A stretch of 64,000 nt of DNA from assembly GCA_951406725.2 (NCBI GenBank), contig OX597820.1:930001-994000 (forward strand), read 5' to 3'. Of the stretch, positions 13,316 through 26,469 are shown one piece after another. Each line of letters starts with the position of its first letter. The stretch's first letter is position 1. The translations under genes and the position numbers were made by a program. This stretch comes from Octopus vulgaris (taxonomy: Eukaryota). The notes beneath the pieces are model-generated. The model had not been told where the DNA came from. It saw nothing but the letters and a program-made list of their open reading frames with translations, and made no database searches.

Positions 13316-13912
13316 ATAACAGGTAACGGATAATCTTGAGTATAAAAAGAAATGTGTTGGTAATTAAACAGAAGCTGATGAGAACCAACTGGAAATCAAA
13401 TTTATATCACAGACATCAGCAAACCAAACACATTTAAACATCTTAGCAGCAGGAAGTCAATGATTCTTGTCTCATTTACATCGTTATAGGTTTATATAAA
13501 CAGTATTAGTTGAGTATGCTTTTTACCTAGACATTGCATCATGCTACATTGAATGCAGGTGGCAGGTATCACCTACCAAACGCGTTTTATATTTGTTCCA
13601 AATTAGGGCTGAGGAAGGTAGATACAGTATACGTTTTCTTTGCGTTTTGGAGTCCAAATCGTGCCAGGAGGTAACACCTATGCTTTTCGTCCTCCTGGAT
13701 TAGAGAAATAAGACCCAGCACTGCAGGCAGCGGCTAATTAAATTGACCGTACACCTACTTTTAATTTGTGCCCGCTCGTGTGTGTTTAAAATCAATAATT
13801 ACTCCATATTTATTTCTTATTAGATGTGAAGATTAAAGAACTTTTCCGAACACCTTAGATAAATTACTTAATAAATATTTTCATTTATTATTCAATGAAT
13901 TAATGAACTACG

Positions 13913-14045
<133 letters not shown>

Positions 14046-14663
14046 TAAAGTAATGGTTGTAACCACCTCAACGTGGTTGCTTCGTACAGATCAATGCTAC
14101 TACTCTTTTTAATCCCAGGAGGGGGTTAGCTAGATTGTTTTAAAAACTAGCAAATACATAGAACTCGATACACAGAAGCAGAGTAGTATATTTCTATTTA
14201 TAAATCAGACGAGTAACTAGCATCGCGTTAGCATTATTGATGTCGTAGACTCACTTGTCGGGCTTTCCTTAATGCTTTGCAACAGATGATAATAGAGACG
14301 GGCAAGGGGAGTTTTGTGGAGGAGAACAATGACAGCACCAATAGAAATGCACAAGATTGATACCTTCGTCAGTTGTCTATTGGATATCATCACAATTTCG
14401 CTACCTATTTGGCGTCCGTTCTCACATTGGTTAACATGGGACCATGGTAAAGGACACTTGCATAGGTTGCTGCATTGTGAGATGGAACCCAGAGTCACAT
14501 GTTTGTGGGAGGAAATCTCTTAATAACATGGCCGAGATTTCTTGTGCTTGCGTATATAAATGGGTGTGCGCATGCGTGGGTGGCTGTAAATATATTTAAG
14601 CTTTTATGTAACTGTATCTACAATATTTCACGGACTGTGAACAAATGGGTTGCGTCTGTGTGT

Positions 14664-14705
<42 letters not shown>

Positions 14706-14709
14706 ATTT

Positions 14710-14904
14710 GCTTGAGCGTGTATCTTTTATTTGTTTCAGTCACTGAACTGTGGCCATGCTGGGGCACCGCCTTGAAGGGTTTAGACTGCAGTACTTATTT
14801 TTAAAATCTGGTACTTATTCTAATGTTCTCCTTTTTTTTATCAAACAGCCAAGTTACGGGGACGTAAACAAATCAATATCGGTTATCAAGCGGTAGCGGA
14901 GGAC

Positions 14905-14950
<46 letters not shown>

Positions 14951-15092
14951 GCACTAACACAAACACGCACGCACTAACATAAACACAAACACACATACGC
15001 ACGCATTGACACACACACACATGCGCATTAACACACAAACACGCACGCACTAACACACACATACACACGCATGCATGCACTTACATACGTGC

Positions 15093-15138
<46 letters not shown>

Positions 15139-15139
15139 T

Positions 15140-15183
<44 letters not shown>

Positions 15184-15897
15184 TACATACATACATAAAC
15201 GCACACACACAAACACACGGTAGGCTTCCAATCAGTTTCCGTCTACCAAATTCACTCACAAGGAATTGGTCGGTGCCACGAATTGGGACGGAACCGAAAC
15301 CGCGTGGATGGAAAGCAAGCTTCTTAACCAAACAGCTACTCACACTTCTTTTTAAAAAAAGCAAAAAAGTCAAGCTAAGGGAAATAACTCAAATAAGCCA
15401 ATACCGTAGACGAAGATCAGTCGAGTAGATCCTGATGTTCAGAACGACATCTGTGGGGGGAAATAAGAATAAAAATGGTAGTTGTTATCAGCTCAATACC
15501 GGAAAGGGAGATCATTTCTACAGATTAATCAGTGGCCGTGTGGTAAGTAGCTTGCTTGCCAACCACATGGTTCCTGTTTCATTCCCATTGTATGGCACCT
15601 TGGGCAAGTGTCTTCTACTATAGCCTAGGACCGACCAAAGCCTTGTGAGTGGATTTGTTAGACGGAAACTAAAAGAAGCCCGTCATGTGTGTGTGTATGC
15701 GTGTATGTACTTTGTGTTTGTGTTTGGTCCCCCACCGTCGCTTGACAACCGATGTTGGCGTGTTTACATCCCTGCAATTTAGCGGCTCGATATAATAAGT
15801 ACTAGGCTTAGAAAGAATAGGTCCTGGGGTCGATTTGTTCGACTAAATGCGGTGCTCCAGCATGGTCACAGTCATATGACTGAAACATCTAAAAGAA
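14710..15897. mobile_element. Two SINE B copies in opposite orientation: 14710-15340(-) and 15531-15897(+)
   Basis: Family B tail and head motifs on opposite strands. Confidence 0.8.
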
Positions 15898-16082
15898 TAT
15901 TAAAAAAGCTTGTCCCAGCTAACAAAATATAATAATTGTTAGTTGAAACAATAACAAAACGCACAGGTTTCGGCTATATTGGCCTCCTCAGTGAAGCTGT
16001 CAACAGGAACCCGCTTGATCAGTGGACAGAAGATGTTTACATATAAAAATAGGGTCTTAAATTATTTTATTATTGGATATAG

Positions 16083-16114
<32 letters not shown>

Positions 16115-16698
16115 CGGGGTTTCACTCATTTCAAGTATATATAAATTGGTATTTTTTTATGTGTATGTTGTTGGTGCCTACCGCGGGTAACCAGTTAGAA
16201 ATAGAATGCCACGCTGCTGTTGGCGCTACAGCTGAAGTTGACAATGACGACGACGTGGATGAGGATTGGTGTTGGTGATGAGGATGATGACGATGATGGC
16301 GCTGCTGACGGTGGTGAGGGTGATGTAAATATGGTGTCTACTGAAGTAAATATGGTGTCTACCCTAAACAGATTTATGCTACGCTTAATACGAATGTGAA
16401 ACCTATTAGTAACGCTAGCTTTTCAGTCGGTGGTGCTAAGCTGCCATAGCAACAAGTTGTGTAGGGACATATGTCGAAATATTGCTGTGATATATGTATG
16501 CTGTTGGTACGCGATATGCTGGTGTGTCGGCTTTGCCCGGTCCCTCTATCTGCAGACGGATTCCATTTTAACTGTGCCAGCTTGCATGATTGTGTGTGTC
16601 TCTTTTTTTTAATTCTATTAGTTTGGGGAAATGTATGTATTTAGGTGTGTACTGATGCGTATTGGCGTGTATGCATGTCATGTGTTTGTGTGTCATGC

Positions 16699-16761
<63 letters not shown>

Positions 16762-17113
16762 TATATATATATGATGTTCTTAAGAAATTTGCTTCGCATC
16801 CACATGGACGTCTTTGAGTTGTTGTGCATAAGTTTTCATGTTTCCATATGTATTTTAATATCTATTATCAGTACATCTGTGTGTGTGTGTGTGTGTGTGT
16901 GCCTTTGTGGAGAGATGGCCGTATGTTTGTATAAAGTCTGTGTGCGTGTTTCGATATTCGAGTGAATGTGCTGATGGTAACTTTTTCTCACAGAATGCAA
17001 TCAAAATGAAAACAAATTATTCGTGTAACCAATTTTGAAAAGATTTCTATTGGTTAGAATATATAATTTTAGGGAATTATTTAACCCGTTAGCCTTTCTT
17101 TATCTTTCGAATG

Positions 17114-17156
<43 letters not shown>

Positions 17157-17379
17157 GCAGGTGAAGTTCTTGTACTAAATTTCCCGAACACAAAATTACG
17201 GTTAGCTCTCGACATAGATGTTTCGCTTAGCGACACAGAGCTAGCTTTCTGGCTAAACTGACCGCGTACATTCATTCATTGTATGCTTTGTTGTGTACTC
17301 CAAACCACTGCGACTGTTGCTCGGGGTCCCTTTCAGTGGACTCAATGTCACAGTGACACCTTCGGTAGCCTCAATACCA

Positions 17380-17510
17380 CAGTGCCACTTTCGGTAGCCT
17401 CAATACCACAGTGCCACGGGATGAGCCTATCTCGTATCGGTATTGTCAGTCACGTCCGGTCCCATGAGAAACAATGCAATAGAGACGCTATCATCACCTT
17501 TGATGGGCTC
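17380..17510 (+). mobile_element. RTE-clade LINE 3' remnant
   Basis: PQCHGMSLSRIGIVSHVRSH resembles the C-terminal C..C.R.C.SRIGL.SH.R.H motif of RTE ORFs. Preceded by a ~28-bp tandem duplication (about 17360-17417). Confidence 0.45.
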
Positions 17511-17535
17511 TCAGAAGCAGTAAGCAAAACACTTC

Positions 17536-18393
17536 GGATCTTTTCCTTTTGAACGGCACTTTGTAACATAATTTCTAGGTAACTAAAAAGTTTTAAACTT
17601 TGTATATTGGTAGAATATGTTTATAAAACATCATTTTCTCTTGGCTTTATTGAGAAAATTCTATAGTTTGTAAGATATTTCGTCTGAAATTATTGGATTT
17701 CGGAAATTTTAACCAATCACTGGAGTCCATTTAGGTAAATAACATTCTGTGCATAATGAATATGTCCCTCCTTTAAGAAACAGATTGGGTTTATTTACAT
17801 TTGTGAAGAAAAAATATACCCTTCCACCACCCCTAACCCTAACCCTAACTAACCCTAACTAACACTAACTCACCCTAACTCTAACCCTAAATCTAAAATA
17901 GATTGAAATGCAATAGATCGATACTAGGATTATAATTATGGGTGACAATTTCATACGACACCACTACGGAAAATGGGATTTTTTCCTAGCGGTGTCAAAT
18001 GAAAATGTCACCCATAATTATGGCCCTAGTATCGATCTATTGCATTTCAATATATTTTAGATTTAGGGTTAGAGTTAGGGTTAGTTAGGGTTAGGGGCTG
18101 GGGAAGGGTATCTTTTTTTCTTCACAAATGTAAATAAACCCAATCTGTTTCTTAAAGGAGGGACATATTCATTATGCACAGAATGTTATTTACGTCAATG
18201 GACTCCAGTGATTGGTTAAAATTGCCGAAATGCAAGTAATTTCAGGCGAAATATCTTACAAACTATAGAATTTTCCCAATAAAGCCAAGAGAAAACGATG
18301 TTTTATAAACACATTCTACCAGTATACAAAGTTTAAAACTTTTTAGTTACCTAGAAATTATGTTACAAAGTGTTGTTCAAAAGGAAAAGATCC
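17536..18393. mobile_element. Foldback non-autonomous DNA transposon with internal telomeric repeats
   Basis: Ends GGATCTTTTCCTTTTGAAC ... GTTCAAAAGGAAAAGATCC. Exact 8-bp TSD AACACTTC at 17528-17535 and 18394-18401. Arms of about 420 bp pair almost to the centre (~17975). CCCTAA-type repeats at 17831-17890, TTAGGG-type at 18063-18096. Confidence 0.9.
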
Positions 18394-19189
18394 AACACTT
18401 CATTGTACACAATGAGTCCACACCATAAAGTGTATTACATGTTAATGAGAATCCCCCGTTAATATGTAAAAAAAAACAAACACAAACACAATCTCAAACA
18501 CGGTGAGTATTTGTATGTATTTGTGTATGACTTTCTAATTCTGATAAGGAATTCGTTGGAGTATGCAATAAATGGCAATAGAATGTATGTTTGTACGTGA
18601 ATCCAGGCAAACAAGAAAAGTTACGGAAAAAAAGTCACAGGGGTTTTGTCCGGGTGGGTGGGGGGGTTGTCCAAGGGTGTTTTATCCTAGGGGGGTTTTG
18701 TCTGGATCCCATAAATTGTGACCTTTTTTTTAATCCTGTGACCTTTTCCCCGGGGTCACCCTGTTTCTATGCGACTGTATGTTTAACCCAGACTATTCCT
18801 GTGAATTGAAATATGCCTGAATAAATGATTGAGTGTTCGAGTGAGGAGGCAGGCAGTATGGTGATTGGCAGAAGGCGAATTTGTTTTTAATTTTGTTTTT
18901 TTTTAATGGTAAAAAAAGACTAATCTTGATTTAAAGAACCAAGTCTAGATAGATGTAGATGAATGTTTATTTAAAATACTATCAGCTCTTTACCGCTCAC
19001 CAATCCCCTCTCTCTCTCATTTCAATACTTCATAAAACTTAGTGACTTAACATTTTTCGTATTTCAAAATCTTCAATTTTTTTCCCACAATCCACTAAAT
19101 TTCATTTCAACCTGCCACCACCACCACCACCACTACTACTCCTATTACTTAACACCAACGCGTCAAACTGTATCACATTTCCTCTCATA

Positions 19190-19600
19190 TCGTTCTGAAG
19201 CTGAGTCGTGACTTTTGTGGATTACAGAACTTGAATGCGAATCCCTGAAATTCTTCTGCCTCATCCGAAATCGCGCGTGAGCCAATCAGGAAGCCTTACA
19301 AACCATACAGGATGGGCGAAGAAACGTATTCTCTCAGATGCGGCTGTAGCGGGGGAGGGGGGAGGCAGCAGCAATGGGGACAGTCAGCTTCGGGCGACGC
19401 TTTTATGGGGACGGTCCCTTTTTGGGTCGACTCTATAAGCCTGTAAACGGATGGCGGGGGACCCTGGGGCGTCAAACTCGAGGGTTGAGTCGGGAAGCTA
19501 CGTCACCGCTGCTGCTACAGTCTCTCACCGCGTGATTCACTCAGAGGCATTCGCTGCTTAAAAAAGCTTTTCTTCAGAACTCTGCTGGTAATACAAGATG
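19190..19600 (+). promoter_or_regulatory. Candidate promoter/enhancer (CpG-rich unique island)
   Basis: CCAAT at 19282, exact CArG box CCTTTTTTGG at 19416-19425, near-CArG at 19399-19408, TATAAG at 19434, CRE-like GCGTCA (~19469) and TACGTCA (19499), possible donor CTG|GTAATA at 19588. Motif inference only. Confidence 0.45.
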
Positions 19601-22600
19601 CAGTTAAAATTACCAGCTTCATTAAAAAACATTCATTAACTTGCCTGATATTTTTTAATCTATGTCAAGATATGGGATGAGAGTTTCGGCTAACTTTTAC
19701 TGCTTAGAGAAATGCAATGGCTGCTAAATAGACAAGTTTTTAAACAACGAGAGAATTTGCTTTTTTTTTTAAATAAAAAATCCCACGAAATAAATGTTGT
19801 TGCTATCAGAAAAGATTTACAATCTTGCAGAATTTTTTAATGGTTACAATTGGTTTTGCAAATTATGCTGTTTATAAGAATGTTTGTATGTATGTATGTA
19901 TGTATGTAGAATGTGTGCTCTTTTTTGTATGTGTTTCGTTTACTGATAACGCCTGAGGCAGAAACACGTGTCCACAACTATCTTTTCTGCAGATGATCAG
20001 ACCACCTTTTCCACAATAGCACGTCAAGTTGGTAAATTTCTTCAGATTATCTCCCCTGATTCGGATTGGTATCAACAACTGTCACCAGTCAATTAGACTA
20101 TCATCTCTGGAAATGGAGATAATTTCAATAAATCAATCAATTATCTTCTATGTTATTCAATACGTCTTTATCCGCATTTCTTGTTCAAATATATGCTACT
20201 GGGCAGTCTGGATTATTTCTCATAGCTTATTTTCATTTCATTTAAATATAAGTAAAATAACAAAATAGCAAAGACGGAGAGCTTCCCACAGTGCGTAAAT
20301 GAAAAAGTTTAATAATCTTTACATTTCAGGCACCAAAGCTCATCATCAGATGTGAGCAACCAAGAAATGTCAATCAATACAGTACCGGCAATGTATGAGA
20401 ATGAGAGGTGGAGGGAGGGAGGGAAGGGATATTCGCTGATACAGATTAGGGAAGGGTTTAAGCATGAGCGAGAAAGTACAAAACACGGTGCTTTGCAAAT
20501 CGAATTTCCTACTGATATTTATTCTGCACCGAGTTACACAGACACGCAATTATCTCCCTTATCATCAGCAATTCTCCGTGTACCAATGATTGTGCGGGAG
20601 ATACACGTAACCAAACGCCGTTAGTGTTCAGATATTTGTGATAATAAAATCAAAATATCTCTGACAAAGCTCAACATCACCCATATGCCCGTTATAGTGT
20701 ACTGCTATAAGCTGCTATAATATGTATGTCATTCCGGCGCACAAAATATCTGTTACACCACGAGAAAATGAGAAATTTCATACGCAATCTCTCGATCTAC
20801 TAGAAATAGCAAAACATCCAAATCTTGAAGTCACACTGCCATTTTAAAAGAAAGACTACATTAGACCAAAACAGTCGTTCCTAATGTTGGTAGAGAAGTA
20901 CAACACCTGAAATTTTGAAGGGAGCAGGCCTGTTGTTTAAACCGACGTCAGTTCTTAATTTTGGTACTTAATTTTATCGATTCCACAAGGCTCAAAGGCA
21001 AATTTGAGGTAGAATTTGAACCCGAAATGTAAAGAGCGGGAATAGATGCGCAATAAATTTAAGGATTCTGCGAATCCACACCACTACCCTCAAAATGGTT
21101 TCAAATTTTGGCACAAGGACAGCAGTTTTAGGGAAGGGGTTAAATTGATTACATCGCCTCCAGTACATGACTGGTATTTTATCGACTTCGAAAGAAATGA
21201 AAGGCAGAGTCAACCTCGCTGCTATTTAAAATGAGAAAGAAGTCAGAAGAATTACCGCTAAAACTTTTGCCCGGCCTGCTAACGTTTCTGCTAGCTTGCC
21301 GTTCCATAATGATTTCTCGTTTTGGTAGCAGGCCGACAATTTCGGGTTTAGGGATTACTTGGTTAAAATCAACTCCAGTCTTTGACTAGTACTTTATTTT
21401 AATGACCTTGAAAGGGGATGTTGGCTTCAGATGGATTAGAACTTAGAATATAATCTTCCGGAACAAATATTGTAAAATATTTTGGTCGACGCTCAAAAGG
21501 TTCGGCTAATCTGATTTAGTGTCAAACAATAACACCAACAACATCAACAGTTATGTCACACACTATACTATACTTTAACTGGTCCTCCGTCGTTTACGAT
21601 GACGAGGGTTCCGGTTGATCCGATCAATGGAACAGCCTGCTCATGAGATTAACGTACAAGTGGCTGAGCATTCCACAGGCATTCGTACTCTTAACGTAGT
21701 TTTCGGAAAGCTTCAGTGTGACACAGAATGTGGCAAGATGACCCATTGTAATTACAGGTACGACTCATTTTTGCCAGCTGAGTGGACTGGAATAATGCGA
21801 AATAAAGTGTCTTGCTCAAGGAGTCAACGCACCGCCAGGTATCGAACTCACGACCTTACAATCGTGAGCCGAATGCCCTAACCATTAAGCCACACACCTC
21901 CTATCCTTTTCTATCAACTGCTCTGCTTACAATCCTCAACAGAACGTCTATGTAGCCATTCATTTGGCTAGAAATAGCAACCAGATTACTGAAATCTTTC
22001 CATATTGCCTTAATAGAAAAGGATATACTGGATAACAGGATCCTAGAAACATTATCTTTGTGTCTTTTACTTTTTTCTAAAGTCTGGTACTCACTCTATC
22101 GGCCTCTTCTTTTACTGATCGGTTATGTTACGAGGATGTAAACAAACTAGCTCCGATTGTCAAGCAAAAATGCAAACACACACACACACACGGGAAGGCT
22201 TCCATACAGTTTCCGTCAGTCATCGTTCACAAGGCATTGGTCAACTCGAAGCTGTAGTAAAGACACTTGCCCAAGGTGCCGCGTAGTGGGACTGAACTCG
22301 AAACCACACGGTTGCAACGCTTGCTTTGTTACCATAGTCATGCTTGCATTCACTGCATCTAACAAAAAAATTTTAATACGAGGTGATGGTCACGGCTGGA
22401 ATTCCTTTTGATCGTAGGACTTGTTCAGAGACGACTTGGTGCTAAACAGCAATGGCGGCAACAATCAACATGGAAGGAAACTTTCTTTCAGCACCGTCTT
22501 TTCGACGCGAAGAATTCGGGTGGGTCGTTGCTATTTTTAGACATTGGTCTGTAGAATTGATTTCAGATTCGGTGCTAAGAAAATATTATTATTCAATGTT

Positions 22601-22794
22601 TATCGTCTCCATCTTCGACACCATAGATAAGAAAGAGAAGGGGGGGGGGAGCAATGATGGCTATAGAGCAGCGATGATGGCGGCGGCGCTGTTCAGGTTG
22701 TATAGATCTTGTTATTGTTGTTTGATATAGCTGAGAGAGTAATTAAACAGCTCCTCTTTTCGACAGCATTGTTGCTTTCGTTGTTGTTGTTGTC

Positions 22795-23012
22795 GTTTGG
22801 CCCCAGGCTATTCCTGATCAAGCAAGCCTATGATTAAAAAGTATCCTAGCTGTGACCAGCTCACCGTCTTTTTTGGCGGGAAGAGAGAAGGAGAGTGAGG
22901 TAAGACTACATTAGCAGATGCGTATGTTGCTCAGCCTCTGGATTTTCGTTTTAAAAACGTGGATTTCGGTTTCAGACTTTACTGCTTTTTCTAGCAGATC
23001 GAGTGACTACGT
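22795..23012 (+). mobile_element. Dispersed repeat family D (CCCCAGG..CCTGATC.AGCA..CCTATGAT..AAAG..ATTCCAGC..TGACC ... CT(A/T)TTTCTAGCAG)
   Basis: Diverged relatives at 580-940(-), 3270-3390(+), 12770-12830(-), 22380-22450(-), 27955-28030(+), 36930-37080(-), 54870-55040(+). Confidence 0.6.
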
Positions 23013-23166
23013 AGCTGCTTCTTTCTTTGCCTTGTTGTGTTTCCTATTGTTGTTGTTGTCGATGTATTTATTTTTGTTACTGTTGTTCACGCGATGGTGT
23101 TTATAATCGATGTAACCCGGTCTGTGTGTTGCAAATTAGAAGTGGAACTGAAGGAGTATAAGATCT

Positions 23167-23226
<60 letters not shown>

Positions 23227-25283
23227 CCAGACAGACAGACAAACACATAGACATTCACAAACAGACAGACAACAGCCAGACGTAGATAGACACAGACAAT
23301 ACAGCTAGACAGACAGACAGACAAACACACAGACATATAGACAGACAGACAGACTGATGTATTGGTGTATTAAGAGAGAGTTAAGTAGAATGTTAGGGAA
23401 CGAGAGAGAGAGAGAGTGTGTGTGTGTGTGTGTGGGATGGCCCTAAGGGAAGATGGCTAGATAGGTATCTTGGAGGAATAGACGTGTGTGTGGTGTGGTG
23501 GTGGTGGTGGGGGGAGAAGCTGTTCCTGGAAAGTAAGGAATGGAATTACAGATGTGGTGGTAATGTCTACAAATAAGACATGCCATGGCTGGGTGATGGA
23601 GGGATGTAACGGATGGGAGAGGCGGTGCGGTGGCGATGGTGTGTTGGCGCATGGGGGAGGAGGAGGAAGCTGGGGACTGGGTGAATTTGTAGATAAGGCG
23701 GAGGGAAATTGTGTGTGTATGTGTGTGTGTGTGTGTGTGACCTTCCACAATGAGAAAGCAGTCATCCTTATGTGTGTGTGTGTTTATGTCTGTGTGGGTG
23801 TATGTGTGTGTAAATGTTTGTGTGGGTGCATGTGTCCATATACGTGTGTATATGAGTATATATGTGTGTGTGTGTGTGGATGGGTATGTGTGTGTGTATA
23901 TGTATTTACATGCATATGTAAAAATGTATGTGTATGACTATGTGTGTGTGTGTGTGTGTATGTGCATGGCTATATGTGTGTATGTATATATGTATATGCA
24001 TACGTAAAAATGTTTGAATATATGTAGAGATGTATTGGTATATATATGCATGTATTTGTGTGTGAATGCATATGACATCCACCCCACCCACCCCACCCCG
24101 TTCCAAAGCTCCCTAGGGAATTCTCCACCCCTTCCACCCTCACTACTCAGCTGTTGCTCCTTTCATTCAAAATCCTGCCACCCTGTCCTTCAAATCTGTC
24201 TTGCAGAACTTCTTATCATCTTCAGAGATACCCCAGGGTTTACATTACCCACTCCTCACCCACCCCTCTCACTCGACACTCACTAATTTAGTGATTATGT
24301 GGTTTACTGTTGGTTATCACTCTGATAAACACCACTGCCCCCTTCCCCACCCCGTGTACGTGTGTGTGTGTGTGAGAGAGAGGAAGAGAGAGAAGCGTGA
24401 AGTATTTCTATGTATGTAATATACATTATTTTCAGTTTTCATCAGTGAGATAAATCCAGAAAATGAATTAGGAAACTGGCCCACAACATACATAACACAC
24501 ACACATATACACATACACACACACACATATACACATACACACACACATGTGCACATACACACATAACTAAATTTATAAAAGAAGTTTTATAAATTTCTAA
24601 AACAAGAATGAAGAGGCTTTAATCACAAATCACGACAATTGTTTCTGTTAATTGCTGAGTTTTCCATATTATACAATTACATGAAATATTATATAAATAA
24701 TTACGTAAGTAAATATGATCTAGAAGCAATTGTGTACCAGCACATCATCAGGTGTGTGGCTTTGATACATACTTACATACAGACGTACATACATACATAT
24801 ATATATATACTTAAAAGGTGAGCAAAGGTATACATACGCTGCTATATGTATATATAAATCCCCCCTCCCCCCAAAAAACGAATAAGAATGTAAGAGACGA
24901 GAATAAAAACATATGGACAGATAGACGATACAAAGACGGACAGAGAAAACTAGCCCGGATCATTTGTGGCCTTCTATTCATCAGTCAAGCTTCCAATCAT
25001 CATTACAGTTTTGGCCTATTACACTTGAGTCTGTTCAAAATTGGGAGGCCCCAAAAATCTAAGCTAAGAGCAAAAGAGAGAGAGAGAGTGATAAACCAGT
25101 TTATCTGAAGCCCATCCACAGATTTACAATATAGAATTGTGATGAACCATAATTTGGGACCCTACCAGAAGATTACTTTGAGTTCTTCACTAACCTAAGT
25201 AATATTGTTAATCTGGTGTGCCAACAGAGAGCTTATGAAGTATTTTACCCAGATTGATAATCCCTCGCTAATTGTTCTCTCTT

Positions 25284-25317
<34 letters not shown>

Positions 25318-25355
25318 CATAAATTAATCAAAATAAAAACATGATGCCAAGGATT

Positions 25356-25437
25356 CAGCGGTACATATGTTTCGGGCCTTTATTAGACGGATTTATAACA
25401 ATGCATAATGTGTGTCTATGGCCCTCTTCAGCAGCGC
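25356..25437 (-). ncRNA. Hammerhead-like motif with extended stem II
   Basis: Minus strand: CTGAAGA-GGGCC-A-TAGAC...GTCTA-ATAAA-GGCCC-GAAA-CATATG-TA. Palindromic stem III ACATATGT. Stem I only partly paired. Confidence 0.55.
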
Positions 25438-25845
25438 ACAATTACATATATATGTAATTTCCTTGTCATCATTTATCATCCAATTTCCAATGCTTGCATG
25501 AGTCAAATAGTCAGATAGAAATTTATTGAGGTAGATTTTTTCTATAGCTGGATGCTCTTCCTGACACCAACCTTCCCCTGATTCCAAGCAAGGTAATATT
25601 CTCCATGGCCAGACAAATTTTAATGGAAGACTGGAAATAAACAACATTGCTTGTATGGCAATGGAGCTCATTTATAGCCATCGTGGGATGTCTAGACAGA
25701 GGACAGGCAGAAACACACACACACACACACACACACAGGCACATACACATACATATGATGATTTTCTGCTAAATCCACTCACAAGGCTTTGGTCAACCCA
25801 TGGCTATAGTAGATTAGAGAGTTTCCACACAATGCAACTGAACTC

Positions 25846-26015
25846 ATGTCCACATGATTAACCACTCACCCATATAACCACACACACATGATTAACCACA
25901 CACCCACATGATTAACCACACACCCATATAACCACACACACATGATTAACCACACACCCACATGATTAACCACACACCCATATAACCACACACCCATGAT
26001 TAACCACACACCCAT
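25846..26015. repeat. Minisatellite of (CATGATT/CATAT)AACCACACAC units grown from the 5' end of a minus-strand SINE B
   Basis: About nine AACCAC-containing units directly continue a SINE B fragment at 25770-25860. Confidence 0.8.
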
Positions 26016-26122
26016 ATATATACATAAGGGGTTGTTAATAAGGCATTAGAAATCTGGGCAAAATATTTCTTCAGCTCTCCGCTGATACAAATGCACCAGA
26101 CTATCAAAAAGTCCTCAGATTG

Positions 26123-26469
26123 CATTATTTACATTATTTACATTTGACGGATATTTGTCGGATATACCCTCCAGCCTTCATCAGGTGTCTTGGGGGAAAT
26201 TTCGAACCTAAGGTATTTTTCGATGTTATTATTATTGGAATCGAACTCGGAATCTTGGCGTTAGTAGCCCATGCTCTTAACCACTAGGCCATATGCCTGT
26301 AATATTCTCCTATCCTTCCTTAATACCGGTTCCCATATGCTGTTCATATCTGCACTCGATCTGCTTAGGAGGTTGTTGTGTCCTAGCATATGTGCTGCTG
26401 CTTTTAGTTTTCGTATTTTCCACTGGTGTTCTCTGTCTATTATTTTAACTTCATCCCACATATAGAACT
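26123..26469 (-). mobile_element. 5'-truncated Penelope-like retroelement: GIY-YIG C-terminus + tRNA-like segment + partly deleted hammerhead
   Basis: 12-bp direct repeat GTCCTCAGATTG at 26111-26122 and 26470-26481. Minus ORF WDEVKIIDREHQWKIRKLKAAAHM...LSR...IWEPVL resembles PLE GIY-YIG C-termini. A/B boxes at 26237-26297. CTGATGAAGGCTGG at 26171-26184. (TGTAAATAA)n tail. Confidence 0.8.

Noticed and set aside
24730-24756. CTGATGA followed by a TGTG/CACA stem on the minus strand (similar isolated CTGATGA at 13375, 24440, 50983)
   Set aside because: No correctly placed GAAA or stem III; expected by chance.
24920-25075. Repeat (inverse copy at 46595-46800) containing CTGATGA/CTGAGGA and GAAAC-like words, a possible permuted hammerhead
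   Set aside because: I could not build consistent stems I and II around the cores in either copy.
26237-26297. tRNA gene (and other tRNA-like heads at 11892, 35190-35244, 40946-41013, 45395)
   Set aside because: A/B boxes are present but the acceptor stems do not close and each continues into a repeat body. These are retroposon heads, not functional tRNAs.
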